From: Parcubacteria bacterium C7867-006
Lineage (GTDB): Bacteria > Patescibacteriota > Minisyncoccia > Phycocordibacterales > DATDWN01
Direction of reading: 5' to 3'
Assembly (NCBI GenBank): GCA_001189155.1
Contig: LFCP01000004.1
Location: 1,998-65,997 of the forward strand
Length of the DNA: 64,000 nucleotides
Part shown: positions 19,571 to 28,409 of the stretch, piece after piece
How positions within the stretch are numbered: position 1 is the stretch's first letter
How the letters are laid out: each line of letters opens with the position of its first letter
Notes under the pieces: model-generated
Database searches by the model: none
The model's input: only the letters and a program-made list of their open reading frames with translations
Told to the model about the DNA's origin: nothing
Program-made: the position numbers and the translations under genes

Positions 19571-20767
19571 ATGATAACTGAAAATAATAAAGCTTTCAAA
19601 GATATACCCTTAAAGATATATGAGCCCGAGTTTGGTTCTGAACTGACTAACATTATTATTGAACTAGAGAAGCTTCGTGTTAAAAAATTAGGTGGGCCCG
19701 TTCCACCTCATATATTTTTCCAATTAAAAGAAATTTTTCAAATGTTTGAGAGTCTTGGTTCTGCCAGAATAGAAGGAAATCGAACTACCTTGTCTGAATT
19801 TGTTGAAAAAATCATTGAGAATCCAACTAAAAAAACAAAAGACGACGGTCTTAAAGAAATTTATAATATTGATAATGCAATTCAATTTATAGAAAAGAAT
19901 GTTGATAGTAAAACAAATTTTAGCCGCTATTTTATTTCTGAAATTCATAAAATTTTGGTTGATGGGCTTACACCACCTCCAACGGGGGAGGGATCTAGGT
20001 ATCCTGGTCAATTTAGACCAGTAAACGTTACCATTAACAAGTCCTCCCTTATTTCACCCGAACATGTTCAGGTGCCAGAATATATGGAAGAGTTATTAGG
20101 GTTTGTGAATCAACCAAGAACATCTCAGTACCATCTTCTTGTAATGGCTTTAGCACATCATAGAATGGCATGGATTCATCCGTTTGATAATGGAAATGGA
20201 AGAATGGTTCGTATGTTTACCTATGCTCTTTTGATCAAACAAGGTTTTAAGGTTAAGAGTGGAAGAATTATTAATCCTACAGCAATTTTCTGTATGGATC
20301 GTAATAAGTACTATGAAAAATTAGCTCATGCAGATTCTGGAACGAGAGAAGGTGTTTTGGAATGGTGCACTTATGTATTAGAGGGGTTACGTTCAGAAAT
20401 AGAAAAAATAGATAATCTCTTAGATTTAAAATATATGACCAATACAATTCTTATACCTGCATTAGATTTTGCTTTAGAGAGAGAAAACATCACAAGACGG
20501 GAGTATGAAATACTGGTTTTTATTGTAAAAAATAAAGGTATGGAGATTCGCCCTATTGATCTAAAAAAAGCAATTGGAAAAGATAGTGTTGTTGAAAGAT
20601 CAAGAATATTAAAAAAGTTAAGAGATAAAAAAATGGTTGAGCCTATTGGTAAACAGAATGGGAGGATATACACTATAAGTTTTGCTAATAATTATCTATT
20701 AAGAGGTATTGCCCATGTGCTGGAGAAAAATGGCTTTGTCCCAGAATCTTTGAATAAGAAAGATTAA
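19571..20767 (+). CDS. Fic family protein (putative AMPylase) with N-terminal inhibitory motif and C-terminal winged HTH
   Basis: Fic core HPFDNGNGRMVRMFTYALL (HxFx(D/E)GNGR). Upstream SARIEGN fits the (S/T)xxxE(G/N) auto-inhibition helix. Confidence 0.8.
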   Translation: MITENNKAFKDIPLKIYEPEFGSELTNIIIELEKLRVKKLGGPVPPHIFFQLKEIFQMFESLGSARIEGNRTTLSEFVEKIIENPTKKTKDDGLKEIYNIDNAIQFIEKNVDSKTNFSRYFISEIHKILVDGLTPPPTGEGSRYPGQFRPVNVTINKSSLISPEHVQVPEYMEELLGFVNQPRTSQYHLLVMALAHHRMAWIHPFDNGNGRMVRMFTYALLIKQGFKVKSGRIINPTAIFCMDRNKYYEKLAHADSGTREGVLEWCTYVLEGLRSEIEKIDNLLDLKYMTNTILIPALDFALERENITRREYEILVFIVKNKGMEIRPIDLKKAIGKDSVVERSRILKKLRDKKMVEPIGKQNGRIYTISFANNYLLRGIAHVLEKNGFVPESLNKKD

Positions 20768-21063
20768 TTTTTTAGGGTAGGGGACTTCCCTATTGGGAAT
20801 AGGAAAAAATAAGGTTCCAGAAATTGGGTTCAGTGTGCATATTTCGGGGTAGGTAGATAGCACCACAAAAAGATTTGGAGGCAGATAAATTGGGGAGAGA
20901 AATACAAGAATCATTTAATCAAAAATTAAATTATTGAAATTATTAAAAATTATCTTTTTATAGTTTTGCCCCTCTAGAGGTATGTACAAAAGATATATTG
21001 TGCGACACGTATATAATCGCTCCCCTCTATAAAGATGATCAATAAAACATTCTTTGTATAAAA

Positions 21064-21096
21064 CAAAAACCACCCTTGCGGATGGTTTTTGTTTTT
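21064..21096. terminator. hairpin terminator (one mismatch in stem) flanked by A and T runs
   Basis: aaaaaccaccc ttgc ggatggttttt. Confidence 0.4.
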
Positions 21097-21128
21097 AAGT
21101 TTAGTTCTGATTATTCAGATAAGCTTGA

Positions 21129-21587
21129 TTATTGATTTATGGCTAAGTCTTTGTTTTCGTACTTACCCCAACAAGGCTTTGATGAAGCCCAAGGTCGTGT
21201 ACCTTCTCGCTCATACAAATCTCGAGCGTAGGCCACGTTACCTTCTAGTGTGTAGATGTTTATGTTCTTCTTTTGAGCTTGATCTAAGTGATAAAACTCA
21301 TTGATTTGCATAACACCAACATCAGCATTGTTAACAACTCCTCGGTGGATTTCTCCATCCGCATCTAGTTGTCTAAAATGTGACTCACATCTAGCAACCT
21401 GAATCATAATCGGAATGTCTGAGAAATATTGACGAACGTACTTTTCAGTAGACATCATATTATCAACATCTTCGTTAGATAACTTTCTTACGACTGATGA
21501 TTCTGTGACTGAATTTTCAAGCTTTGGAGTATCTTTGATCGCAATTGGACTGTTAACTCCACCTATGGCTGAAATAACCATGAACAA
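21129..21587 (-). CDS. small lytic transglycosylase / lysozyme-like (SLT domain) protein
   Basis: ARCESHF ... GVMQIN matches the SLT catalytic E-S ... GLMQ(I/V) pattern. Probable start is ATG at 21579-21581 (MVISAIGG...). GC is moderately elevated. Confidence 0.6.
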   Translation of the reverse strand: MFMVISAIGGVNSPIAIKDTPKLENSVTESSVVRKLSNEDVDNMMSTEKYVRQYFSDIPIMIQVARCESHFRQLDADGEIHRGVVNNADVGVMQINEFYHLDQAQKKNINIYTLEGNVAYARDLYEREGTRPWASSKPCWGKYENKDLAINQ

Positions 21588-21887
21588 ACTGATCGCTGTG
21601 AAATTTAAAATAAGCTATTGTTAAGGTGTAATTCTATCGTAATGAAGGAAGTTAAGGACCGTTAAGGTTAGTTGGCTCCCTTCAAAGGAAAAACTCAGAC
21701 TTACTGAGTTGCTAATATACTAACATACTTACCCCCCTTCTGTCAAGATAAAACAACAAAATATGGCTCTTGTATAGGGCATAAAAACCCTTATTTATAG
21801 CCATATTATGTTAAATTTTACTAGACAAGATAATAGGCAAAAATGCAACCTTCCATGAAACTTTCTAACCTTTTTGTTTCTTGGGAG

Positions 21888-22382
21888 CTATAGGAAAGCT
21901 AGTAAGGCAAAAATGCCGACATTCCAGTAGAAAATCCTAGTTGCTGGGACAAATAATGAGTCTATAGAGCCAGAAAAGTTGTGAAATACATCATAATTAA
22001 CCGTACTGTATGAGAACATAACCATCAAAATCAGAGCTATCAATGCGAATCCACTGGTTCTTATGAGGTGTGAGGCTCCTGTGCTTATGGATTCAGAGAA
22101 TATGTAATAGTTCATTATTATACTCAAAGGTATAAAAATTATTAAAAATATACCTATTTTGTTTAAAACTAGTCCACTGTCTCCTTTTAGAAATAGAATT
22201 TTGTCTATAAAGGGTATGCTTGTATAGAGGACTGTTGCTGGGTAGTAGGCTAATATTAGGGAGATCATCTTCCCTCTTCCAAGGTAAAGTGTAAATATTA
22301 GAAACAATATAAAAGCTACAACAAAAAAGAGCATATCTCCTGAAAGGAAATGCCCTATTTGTGAAAGAGTGCTTGAAGCCAT
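21888..22382 (-). CDS. hypothetical polytopic membrane protein
   Basis: Five predicted hydrophobic helices. No motif recognised. Confidence 0.4.
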   Translation of the reverse strand: MASSTLSQIGHFLSGDMLFFVVAFILFLIFTLYLGRGKMISLILAYYPATVLYTSIPFIDKILFLKGDSGLVLNKIGIFLIIFIPLSIIMNYYIFSESISTGASHLIRTSGFALIALILMVMFSYSTVNYDVFHNFSGSIDSLFVPATRIFYWNVGIFALLAFL

Positions 22383-22435
22383 ATTTAGATTATATGTAAA
22401 TATGGTTAATCAAACAATGACTTTCTCCCCAAATT

Positions 22436-23512
22436 CTATAGTCCTTCTTTTTTGAGGTCTTCTATTTTTTTACGCACATCTTTTGATAGTTTCTTTGGAA
22501 GATCAATATGAATTTTGATCAAGATGTCTCCTCTACTTCCTCGCTCTGATGGGACACCTTTACTTTTTATCCTTAGAATCTCTCCGTGAGAAACTCCTTC
22601 AGGGATTTTAACCTTGATTGCTCCGTCTAATGTGTTGATTGTTTGTTCCCCACCCAATAGGGCATCAGTAAGTTTAATTCCAAGATCCATGACTAGGTTT
22701 TGACCTTCTTTTTTGAAGATTGGATGTTTTTTAACATGGATTTTAATATACAAGTCTCCACTCTGCCCACCTGAGATGGCTTCACCTCCTCCAGATAGTC
22801 TGATCATCTCGCCATTCTCAATTCCTGAAGGAATTTTTACTTTTATTTCTGATTCTTTTTTGTATACACCGTGTCCATGACATGTACGACATTTAACTTT
22901 TGGAATTTTCCCACTTCCATGACAATTTTCACATACTGCATTTGTCTCAAATTGTCCAAAGAATGTTCTCTTCACCTCTCGTATGTTTCCCTTTCCGTTA
23001 CATGTATCACAAGTTACCATATCAGAACCTTTTTCCGCACCAGAGCCTCCACAAGTATCACACTTTGAAACCTTGTTTAGGAGAATAGTTCTTTCTACAC
23101 CGAATACAGATTCATCAAAGTTTAGCTCAATATCAACAGATATATCACGACCTCTCTTTGTCTGTCGTCTACCACCTCCACCAAATACATCTCCAAAGAT
23201 ATCACCAAAGTCGAATTCAAAACCTCCATTTGCACCTTGTGTAAACTGAGAGAAGTCAAAACCTTCAAAGCCTCCACTACCACCACCAAAACCGCCCATA
23301 TTTGGGCCAGCAGATCCGAACTGGTCATACTGAGCACGCTTCTGATCGTCAGATAACACTGAATACGCCTCGTTAATCTCTTTAAACTTGGCGTCATCGC
23401 CAGTTTTTTTGTCTGGATGGTACTTGTGCGCCAAAGTACGGAAAGCGCGTTTTATGTCGTCCTTTCCGGCTTTTTTATCTACACCAAGTATTTCGTAATA
23501 GTCTTTTTTCAT
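22436..23512 (-). CDS. dnaJ: molecular chaperone DnaJ
   Basis: J-domain with HPD (KYHPDK), a G/F-rich region, and four CxxCxGxG zinc-finger repeats. Confidence 0.9.
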   Translation of the reverse strand: MKKDYYEILGVDKKAGKDDIKRAFRTLAHKYHPDKKTGDDAKFKEINEAYSVLSDDQKRAQYDQFGSAGPNMGGFGGGSGGFEGFDFSQFTQGANGGFEFDFGDIFGDVFGGGGRRQTKRGRDISVDIELNFDESVFGVERTILLNKVSKCDTCGGSGAEKGSDMVTCDTCNGKGNIREVKRTFFGQFETNAVCENCHGSGKIPKVKCRTCHGHGVYKKESEIKVKIPSGIENGEMIRLSGGGEAISGGQSGDLYIKIHVKKHPIFKKEGQNLVMDLGIKLTDALLGGEQTINTLDGAIKVKIPEGVSHGEILRIKSKGVPSERGSRGDILIKIHIDLPKKLSKDVRKKIEDLKKEGL

Positions 23513-23599
23513 TAGTTTTTATTATAAGGTTTTGATGTTTTAAGTATACTTGACGACTTACAGTATAAATCGTAGTCTGATACCAGACTGGGAGGTCAC

Positions 23600-23803
23600 A
23601 TGAAGGTTAAGGTTGGTAATAACCACATGAGGGATGTCAGCTTTGCTGACGATCGATACGTGGACATCATCTCCATGGATGGAAGTATTTCCATCCGAGT
23701 GATCATCGAGAAAGACCAGGTCGTCATTACAGCAAGATCCGGTAGCATGGTTATTGAACATGACCGTGCCTACCCATCAGTTCGTGTCGAGAAGAAGGTG
23801 TGA
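23600..23803 (+). CDS. small hypothetical protein (67 aa) on a GC-rich islet between dnaK and dnaJ
   Basis: RBS gggagg precedes the ATG, and a strong terminator follows. The opposite-strand ORF 23558..23761 has no RBS. Confidence 0.35.
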   Translation: MKVKVGNNHMRDVSFADDRYVDIISMDGSISIRVIIEKDQVVITARSGSMVIEHDRAYPSVRVEKKV

Positions 23804-23810
23804 GACTTTT

Positions 23811-23850
23811 CCACGGCCGGCCAGATTTGGTCGGCCGTTCGTCGTTTCTA
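23811..23850 (+). terminator. intrinsic terminator (GC stem acggccg/cggccgt + U-run) for the islet gene
   Basis: ccacggccggccagatttggtcggccgttcgtcgtttcta. Confidence 0.5.
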
Positions 23851-25755
23851 TTTATTATCCTCTGACTTTTTTTCTTCAAAGTCAGCATCTCTAACTTTCT
23901 CATCCTTTGGAGCTTCACCTCCTGTTTGTCCTGCTTGAGCTTGCTCTTGGGAAGCTTTGTTTATTATCTCCCCTATTTTCTGTAATTCATTTGATAATTC
24001 AGTCGTCGCTTTCTTTATAGCATCCATATCTTCACCCTCTCGAGCTTTTTTAGCATCAGCTATTTTTGACTCGATAGAAGTCTTTAGATCTGCAGGAACT
24101 TTGTCCCCTGCATCTGTGAGTGACTTCTCAGCTGTATATATAAGTTGTTCTGCAATATTTTTTGCTTCAACTAAATCTTTTTTCTTCTGGTCATCAGCTG
24201 CATGAGCCTCTGCATCTTTCTGCATTTTCTCAATATCTTCTTTAGACAAACCTGATCGAGCCTCTATTCGGATAGATTGCTCTTTGCCAGTTGCTTTGTC
24301 TTTTGCTTTTACAGAAAGGATTCCATTTGCATCAACATCGAACATAACCTCCACCTGAGGCATACCTCGTGGTGCTGGTGGGATTCCGTCTAGAATAAAT
24401 CTACCAAGTGACTTGTTATCGCTCGCCATTGCTCGTTCACCTTGAACAATATGAATCTCTACAGATGTTTGGTTGTCTGCCGCTGTTGAGAAAACTTGTG
24501 AACGTGATGCTGGAATAGTCGTATTTCGCTCTACAAGCTTTGTAGCAACACCTCCCATAGTTTCGATACCTAGAGATAGCGGTATAACATCTAGAAGCAA
24601 TACGTCCTTTACATCTCCTGACATAATACCTCCTTGGATAGCAGCACCTAGGGCTACCACTTCGTCAGGGTTGATAGATTTGTTAGGCTCTTTTCCAAAG
24701 TACTCTTTTACTTTTTCTGCAATCTTTGGCATTCGAGTCTGTCCTCCAACTAGAATAACTTCATTTATCTGTGAGTTAGAGAAACCAGAAGCTTCCATGG
24801 CTCGTTTTGTGATTGCCATTGCTCGGTCGATAAACTCAGCGGTTAGTTCCTCAAGTTTAGCTCTAGATATTTTAATAAGTAGGTGTCGTGGACCAGAAGC
24901 ATCTGAAGTGATGAACGGAATGTTTACTTCTGACTCCATAGCTGTAGAAAGTTCAATCTTTGCTTTTTCTGCAGCTTCATCTAGTCGCTGTAGCGCTAGT
25001 GTGTCGCCTCGCAGGTCGATACCTGACTCCTTTTTGAACTCGTCAGCAAGGAAGTTTATGATTTTCTGATCAATATCTTTTCCTCCAAGGTGTGAGTCTC
25101 CGTCAGTAGACTTCACTTCGATAACAGAGTCACCAACTTCTAGTACAGAAACGTCAAATGTTCCACCTCCAAAGTCGAACACAACTATCTTCTCTTCTTT
25201 CTTTCCTTTGTCGAAACCGTATGCAAGAGCAGCTGCTGTTGGTTCATTTATGATTCTCAAAACCTCAAGTCCTGCGATAGCGCCAGCGTCTTTTGTTGCT
25301 TGTCTCTGTGAGTCGTTAAAGTATGCAGGTACGGTGATGATAGCCTGTGTGATTTTTTCTCCAACTTTAGCTTCAGCATCTGCTTTTAGTTTTGCAAGAA
25401 TCATTGCAGAGATTTCCTCTGGAGTTGAGTCTTTGTCACCAAGGTGAACTTGAACACCTCCTGTCGGAGCTTTCTTTACTTCAAAAGGCACGATACCTTT
25501 ATCTTTCTGAACTGCTTCATCGTCAAAAGTGTGACCAATGAATCTTTTAATTCCAAAAACTGTGTTTTTTGGATTTGTAACTGCTTGTCGTTTTGCCAAA
25601 AGACCCACAAGTCTTTCGCCTGTTTTTGAAACAGCAACAATAGATGGAGTAGTTCGAGCCCCTTCCGCATTTTCTAATATTTTAGGATTCCCTGCTTCCA
25701 TGATGGCAACAGCGGAATTTGTTGTACCTAAGTCTATACCTATGATCTTAGCCAT
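23848..25755 (-). CDS. dnaK: molecular chaperone DnaK (Hsp70)
   Basis: N-terminal [16 protein letters not shown] and the full Hsp70 layout. 635 aa. Confidence 0.95.
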   Translation of the reverse strand: MAKIIGIDLGTTNSAVAIMEAGNPKILENAEGARTTPSIVAVSKTGERLVGLLAKRQAVTNPKNTVFGIKRFIGHTFDDEAVQKDKGIVPFEVKKAPTGGVQVHLGDKDSTPEEISAMILAKLKADAEAKVGEKITQAIITVPAYFNDSQRQATKDAGAIAGLEVLRIINEPTAAALAYGFDKGKKEEKIVVFDFGGGTFDVSVLEVGDSVIEVKSTDGDSHLGGKDIDQKIINFLADEFKKESGIDLRGDTLALQRLDEAAEKAKIELSTAMESEVNIPFITSDASGPRHLLIKISRAKLEELTAEFIDRAMAITKRAMEASGFSNSQINEVILVGGQTRMPKIAEKVKEYFGKEPNKSINPDEVVALGAAIQGGIMSGDVKDVLLLDVIPLSLGIETMGGVATKLVERNTTIPASRSQVFSTAADNQTSVEIHIVQGERAMASDNKSLGRFILDGIPPAPRGMPQVEVMFDVDANGILSVKAKDKATGKEQSIRIEARSGLSKEDIEKMQKDAEAHAADDQKKKDLVEAKNIAEQLIYTAEKSLTDAGDKVPADLKTSIESKIADAKKAREGEDMDAIKKATTELSNELQKIGEIINKASQEQAQAGQTGGEAPKDEKVRDADFEEKKSEDNK

Positions 25756-25799
25756 GAGTTTAATTTAATTAGTTAAGTTTTAATAAAAACGAAATCTAA

Positions 25800-26108
25800 T
25801 TAAAATGTTGGTGCTCTGGGTTTAGAACCTGAGAAATATAATATTTCAGAATATACAAAAGGACTTACTACTGCTTTATAAAAAGAGTTAAGTTTAGTTG
25901 AAACTTTGTTTGAAAAACCAACAAGAGACAGGACTTTTCCAGTGAGTTCTTTTACATCAATGTAAACAAAATCAACAAGTCTAGCTTTGATACGTCCTGC
26001 ATTTTCATATATAGCAAATCGTGCACGAACAAGTCGACCTTCTTTGTCTCGAAGGACTTTTTCAACTATATTACTTTGTGATTTAACTATCTGCTGCATT
26101 TTATTCAA
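25800..26108 (-). CDS. hypothetical protein (102 aa) between grpE and dnaK
   Basis: Overlaps the grpE stop by 8 nt and shares the operon strand. No recognisable motif. Confidence 0.4.
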   Translation of the reverse strand: MNKMQQIVKSQSNIVEKVLRDKEGRLVRARFAIYENAGRIKARLVDFVYIDVKELTGKVLSLVGFSNKVSTKLNSFYKAVVSPFVYSEILYFSGSKPRAPTF

Positions 26109-26688
26109 AATGTCCCACTTTTACCTTTGGCGCCCTGATTTCCTTTCCGTTTAGTTCGTATCCAACCTGTACTACGTCGATTATTTTACCATCGTCTTTT
26201 TTGTCGTCAACTTTTATAGTTTCCACTGCTTCGTCTCTACTAGCATTATACATTTCTCCTAGTGGGTTTATTACCTTTAGAGCGTGGTTTCCAAGAACAT
26301 TCATCAGTTGTGAGTTGATATATTCAACCCCCACTCGCCAGTTTTTATCAACTTTTTCCCAAGCTTCTTTGTTTTTAAACGCAGACTCAAAAGAGTCGAG
26401 TACTGGAAGAAGTTCGGCAATAATATCTGCCTTAGCAAACTTTATGAACTCCTTTTTATCCTCCTCGTCTTTTTTTCGAAGGTTTACAAAGTCAGCTTTG
26501 TCTCTCTGCCACTTGTCCATGAGGTCGGCATTTTTCGCCTCAAGCTCCTTGATACGAGCTTTGAGTTTGTCGCTCTTGTCTTTCATCTCAGGAGCAAGAT
26601 TTTCTGACATGTCTTCAAAAGTGACATCGTCACCTGGGTCAGTATCTATCTCCTCTTCTAAGTCAATTTTGTTAAGTTCATCTGTCAT
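26101..26688 (-). CDS. grpE: nucleotide exchange factor GrpE
   Basis: Acidic N-terminus, coiled-coil, and C-terminal GrpE beta-domain signature (IDVVQVGYELNGKEIRAPKVKV). Confidence 0.85.
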   Translation of the reverse strand: MTDELNKIDLEEEIDTDPGDDVTFEDMSENLAPEMKDKSDKLKARIKELEAKNADLMDKWQRDKADFVNLRKKDEEDKKEFIKFAKADIIAELLPVLDSFESAFKNKEAWEKVDKNWRVGVEYINSQLMNVLGNHALKVINPLGEMYNASRDEAVETIKVDDKKDDGKIIDVVQVGYELNGKEIRAPKVKVGHFE

Positions 26689-26757
26689 AGTTCGGCTATT
26701 TTAACACAATTTTTGAGCGATTCAAAATTATTGACAAAATATTAATTATATTTTACT

Positions 26758-26973
26758 GTGTCTACAGGGAGGAAGACTTTGAACATCATCATCACGAACA
26801 GAAGCAGCGACTACCACGCTGCAATTGAAGGAAGGCCTGAGATCTGGGGAAACGGCACAACTCCCCGAGAAGCCATCGGCAACCTCGTTCAATCGCACAA
26901 GGAGGTGTTCGGGATCACTGAGATCCAAAGCACAATACCAGCAATTGAGATCTACTCAACGCTAGTCGGCTAG
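26758..26973 (+). CDS. small HicB-like / UPF0150-like protein on a GC-rich islet (start probably TTG 26779)
   Basis: DYHAAIEGRPE-IWGNGTTPREAIGNLVQSH resembles the HicB antitoxin core (Y.A.I....G.G.T..EA..N). RBS gggagg lies 5 nt before TTG. No hicA partner was seen. Confidence 0.35.
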   Translation: MSTGRKTLNIIITNRSSDYHAAIEGRPEIWGNGTTPREAIGNLVQSHKEVFGITEIQSTIPAIEIYSTLVG

Positions 26974-27220
26974 TCATACCGTCATCGTGGCGGCGAATTA
27001 ATTGCCAGCACGATCGGCGGTTTTTTCGTATAAATATTATCACTTTCCCCAATGAGGCGTGCAAAGCTTTTCAGACTTTGCTTCTTGGAAATACCACAGG
27101 AGTACTTCAAATTTCTAATCGCTTTGCTCAAGAAATTTTGGTCGCCCACGGTTTTCCAACGCTCACTATCGCTCACTGCCTTCCGACACAGGAGAGACCT
27201 TTCTCTCCCGACCCCACTCT

Positions 27221-27296
27221 CACCACAGTGGAGTAAACTAAACAAAAAATCCCTTTCGGGATTGTTTTGTTTTTAACGCTTACTCCACTGTGGTGC
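27221..27296. promoter_or_regulatory. rpsI 3' terminator hairpin enclosed by a perfect 16-bp inverted repeat that includes the rpsI stop region
   Basis: caccacagtggagtaa (27221-27236) and ttactccactgtggtg (27281-27296) flank the hairpin aaacaaaaaatccc tttc gggattgttttgttt. Confidence 0.5.
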
Positions 27297-27677
27297 TTTT
27301 CTCGCTTTCTTCAGACCGAACTTTCTTCGTTCCTTAGCTCGTGGATCTCTTTTTAGATATCCTGCTTTCTTTAGAGTCTTTCGTAGTTCACCTGAGTGTT
27401 CTACTAGAGCTCGAGCAATACCGTGTCGTAGAGCTTCTGCCTGTGAGTGCATTCCTCCACCAACAATTTTAGCTGTAACTTTATATTTATCTTTTACTTC
27501 TCCATCAGTAAGGGGTTGCTTTATAAGGTTCTGCATTTCTGCAATTGGGAAATAACCCTCTAGATCCTTATCGTTTATTTCAAAAGTGTTTTTTGACGCA
27601 GGAGTAATTCGAACACGAGCAACGGCTGTTTTTCGTCGTCCTACTGTTTCTATGTATTTATCAGTTGTCTTTTCCAT
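27273..27677 (-). CDS. rpsI: 30S ribosomal protein S9
   Basis: Ends ...KKARKAPQWSKR, the typical S9 C-terminus. Confidence 0.9.
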   Translation of the reverse strand: MEKTTDKYIETVGRRKTAVARVRITPASKNTFEINDKDLEGYFPIAEMQNLIKQPLTDGEVKDKYKVTAKIVGGGMHSQAEALRHGIARALVEHSGELRKTLKKAGYLKRDPRAKERRKFGLKKARKAPQWSKR

Positions 27678-27682
27678 ATTTA

Positions 27683-28027
27683 TTATTCAGTGATTGTTAG
27701 GTTGTTCATCATCTTCTGTCGAAGCTTATTCTTTGGAAGCATACCCCAAACAGCCTCTTTGAACAACTCTTTATTTCCGTGCTTTGCAGCTATCTGTCTA
27801 GCTGTAGGCTTTCGTAGTCCTCCTGGGTAACCAGAGTAGTAAGCGATAGTCTCTAGATCATACTTCTTGTCATAAATAGCAGCTTTTCCAGCGTTTTTGA
27901 TTTCAACCTTGACTTCAGGAATTGTGTTTCTAGCAAATGAAGTTAGATTTTTTCCCATTAAGTAAACAGCAGCTTGTGTAGCTATTCGTCCAACTTTTTT
28001 ATTTTCTGCATCTAGTACGTATTTCAT
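27683..28027 (-). CDS. rplM: 50S ribosomal protein L13
   Basis: L13 family sequence. The true start is the ATG giving MKYVLDAENKK. The ORF-track TTG start at 28051 would overlap rplQ. Confidence 0.9.
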   Translation of the reverse strand: MKYVLDAENKKVGRIATQAAVYLMGKNLTSFARNTIPEVKVEIKNAGKAAIYDKKYDLETIAYYSGYPGGLRKPTARQIAAKHGNKELFKEAVWGMLPKNKLRQKMMNNLTITE

Positions 28028-28037
28028 ATGTTTATTT

Positions 28038-28385
28038 TTATACAAATTCAACTATCGCCATCAAACTTCCATCTGAAAGTCTTGCTGGAAGCTTTGTGAT
28101 TCTTGTGTAACCACCTTTTCTATCCATGTATTTTGGAGATATATCTTTTACGATTTTTGTTGCGGCTATTGATCCAACTTTTGAAACAAGAGCTCTTCGA
28201 GAAGCAACTGTTCCAGATCTTCCTTGAGTAACTAGTTTCTCAACGAAAGGTCGTAGTTCTCTAGCTTTTGCATCTGTAGTTTTTATTTTTCCATTAACAA
28301 CCAACGCCAAAGCAAGAGACTTCATAAGTCCAGATCTTACTTTTGTTACTCGTCCAAATTTTCTTTTTGCGTTGTGGTGTCTCAT
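28038..28385 (-). CDS. rplQ: 50S ribosomal protein L17
   Basis: MRHHNAKRKFGR, typical L17 N-terminus. Confidence 0.9.
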   Translation of the reverse strand: MRHHNAKRKFGRVTKVRSGLMKSLALALVVNGKIKTTDAKARELRPFVEKLVTQGRSGTVASRRALVSKVGSIAATKIVKDISPKYMDRKGGYTRITKLPARLSDGSLMAIVEFV

Positions 28386-28409
28386 ATCCGTAAATCTATA
28401 TTATTCTGT

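Noticed and set aside
19529-21803. 14-bp direct repeat ttatttatagccat flanking the Fic-lysozyme region as definitive att sites
   Set aside because: In a 64-kb AT-rich sequence, several 14-mer coincidences are expected by chance. I keep it only as a weak supporting observation inside the Fic islet finding.
23957-25768. Several plus-strand ORFs (82-198 aa) listed inside dnaK, with similar antisense ORFs inside dnaJ, leuS, alaS, grpE, rpoA etc.
   Set aside because: They lie entirely antisense within highly conserved, confidently identified genes. They have low-complexity Ser/Ala/Phe-rich translations and no RBS, as expected of antisense reading frames in coding DNA.
26689-26760. CIRCE/HrcA operator upstream of grpE
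   Set aside because: No TTAGCACTC-N9-GAGTGCTAA-like inverted repeat is present in the grpE upstream region, and no hrcA is adjacent.
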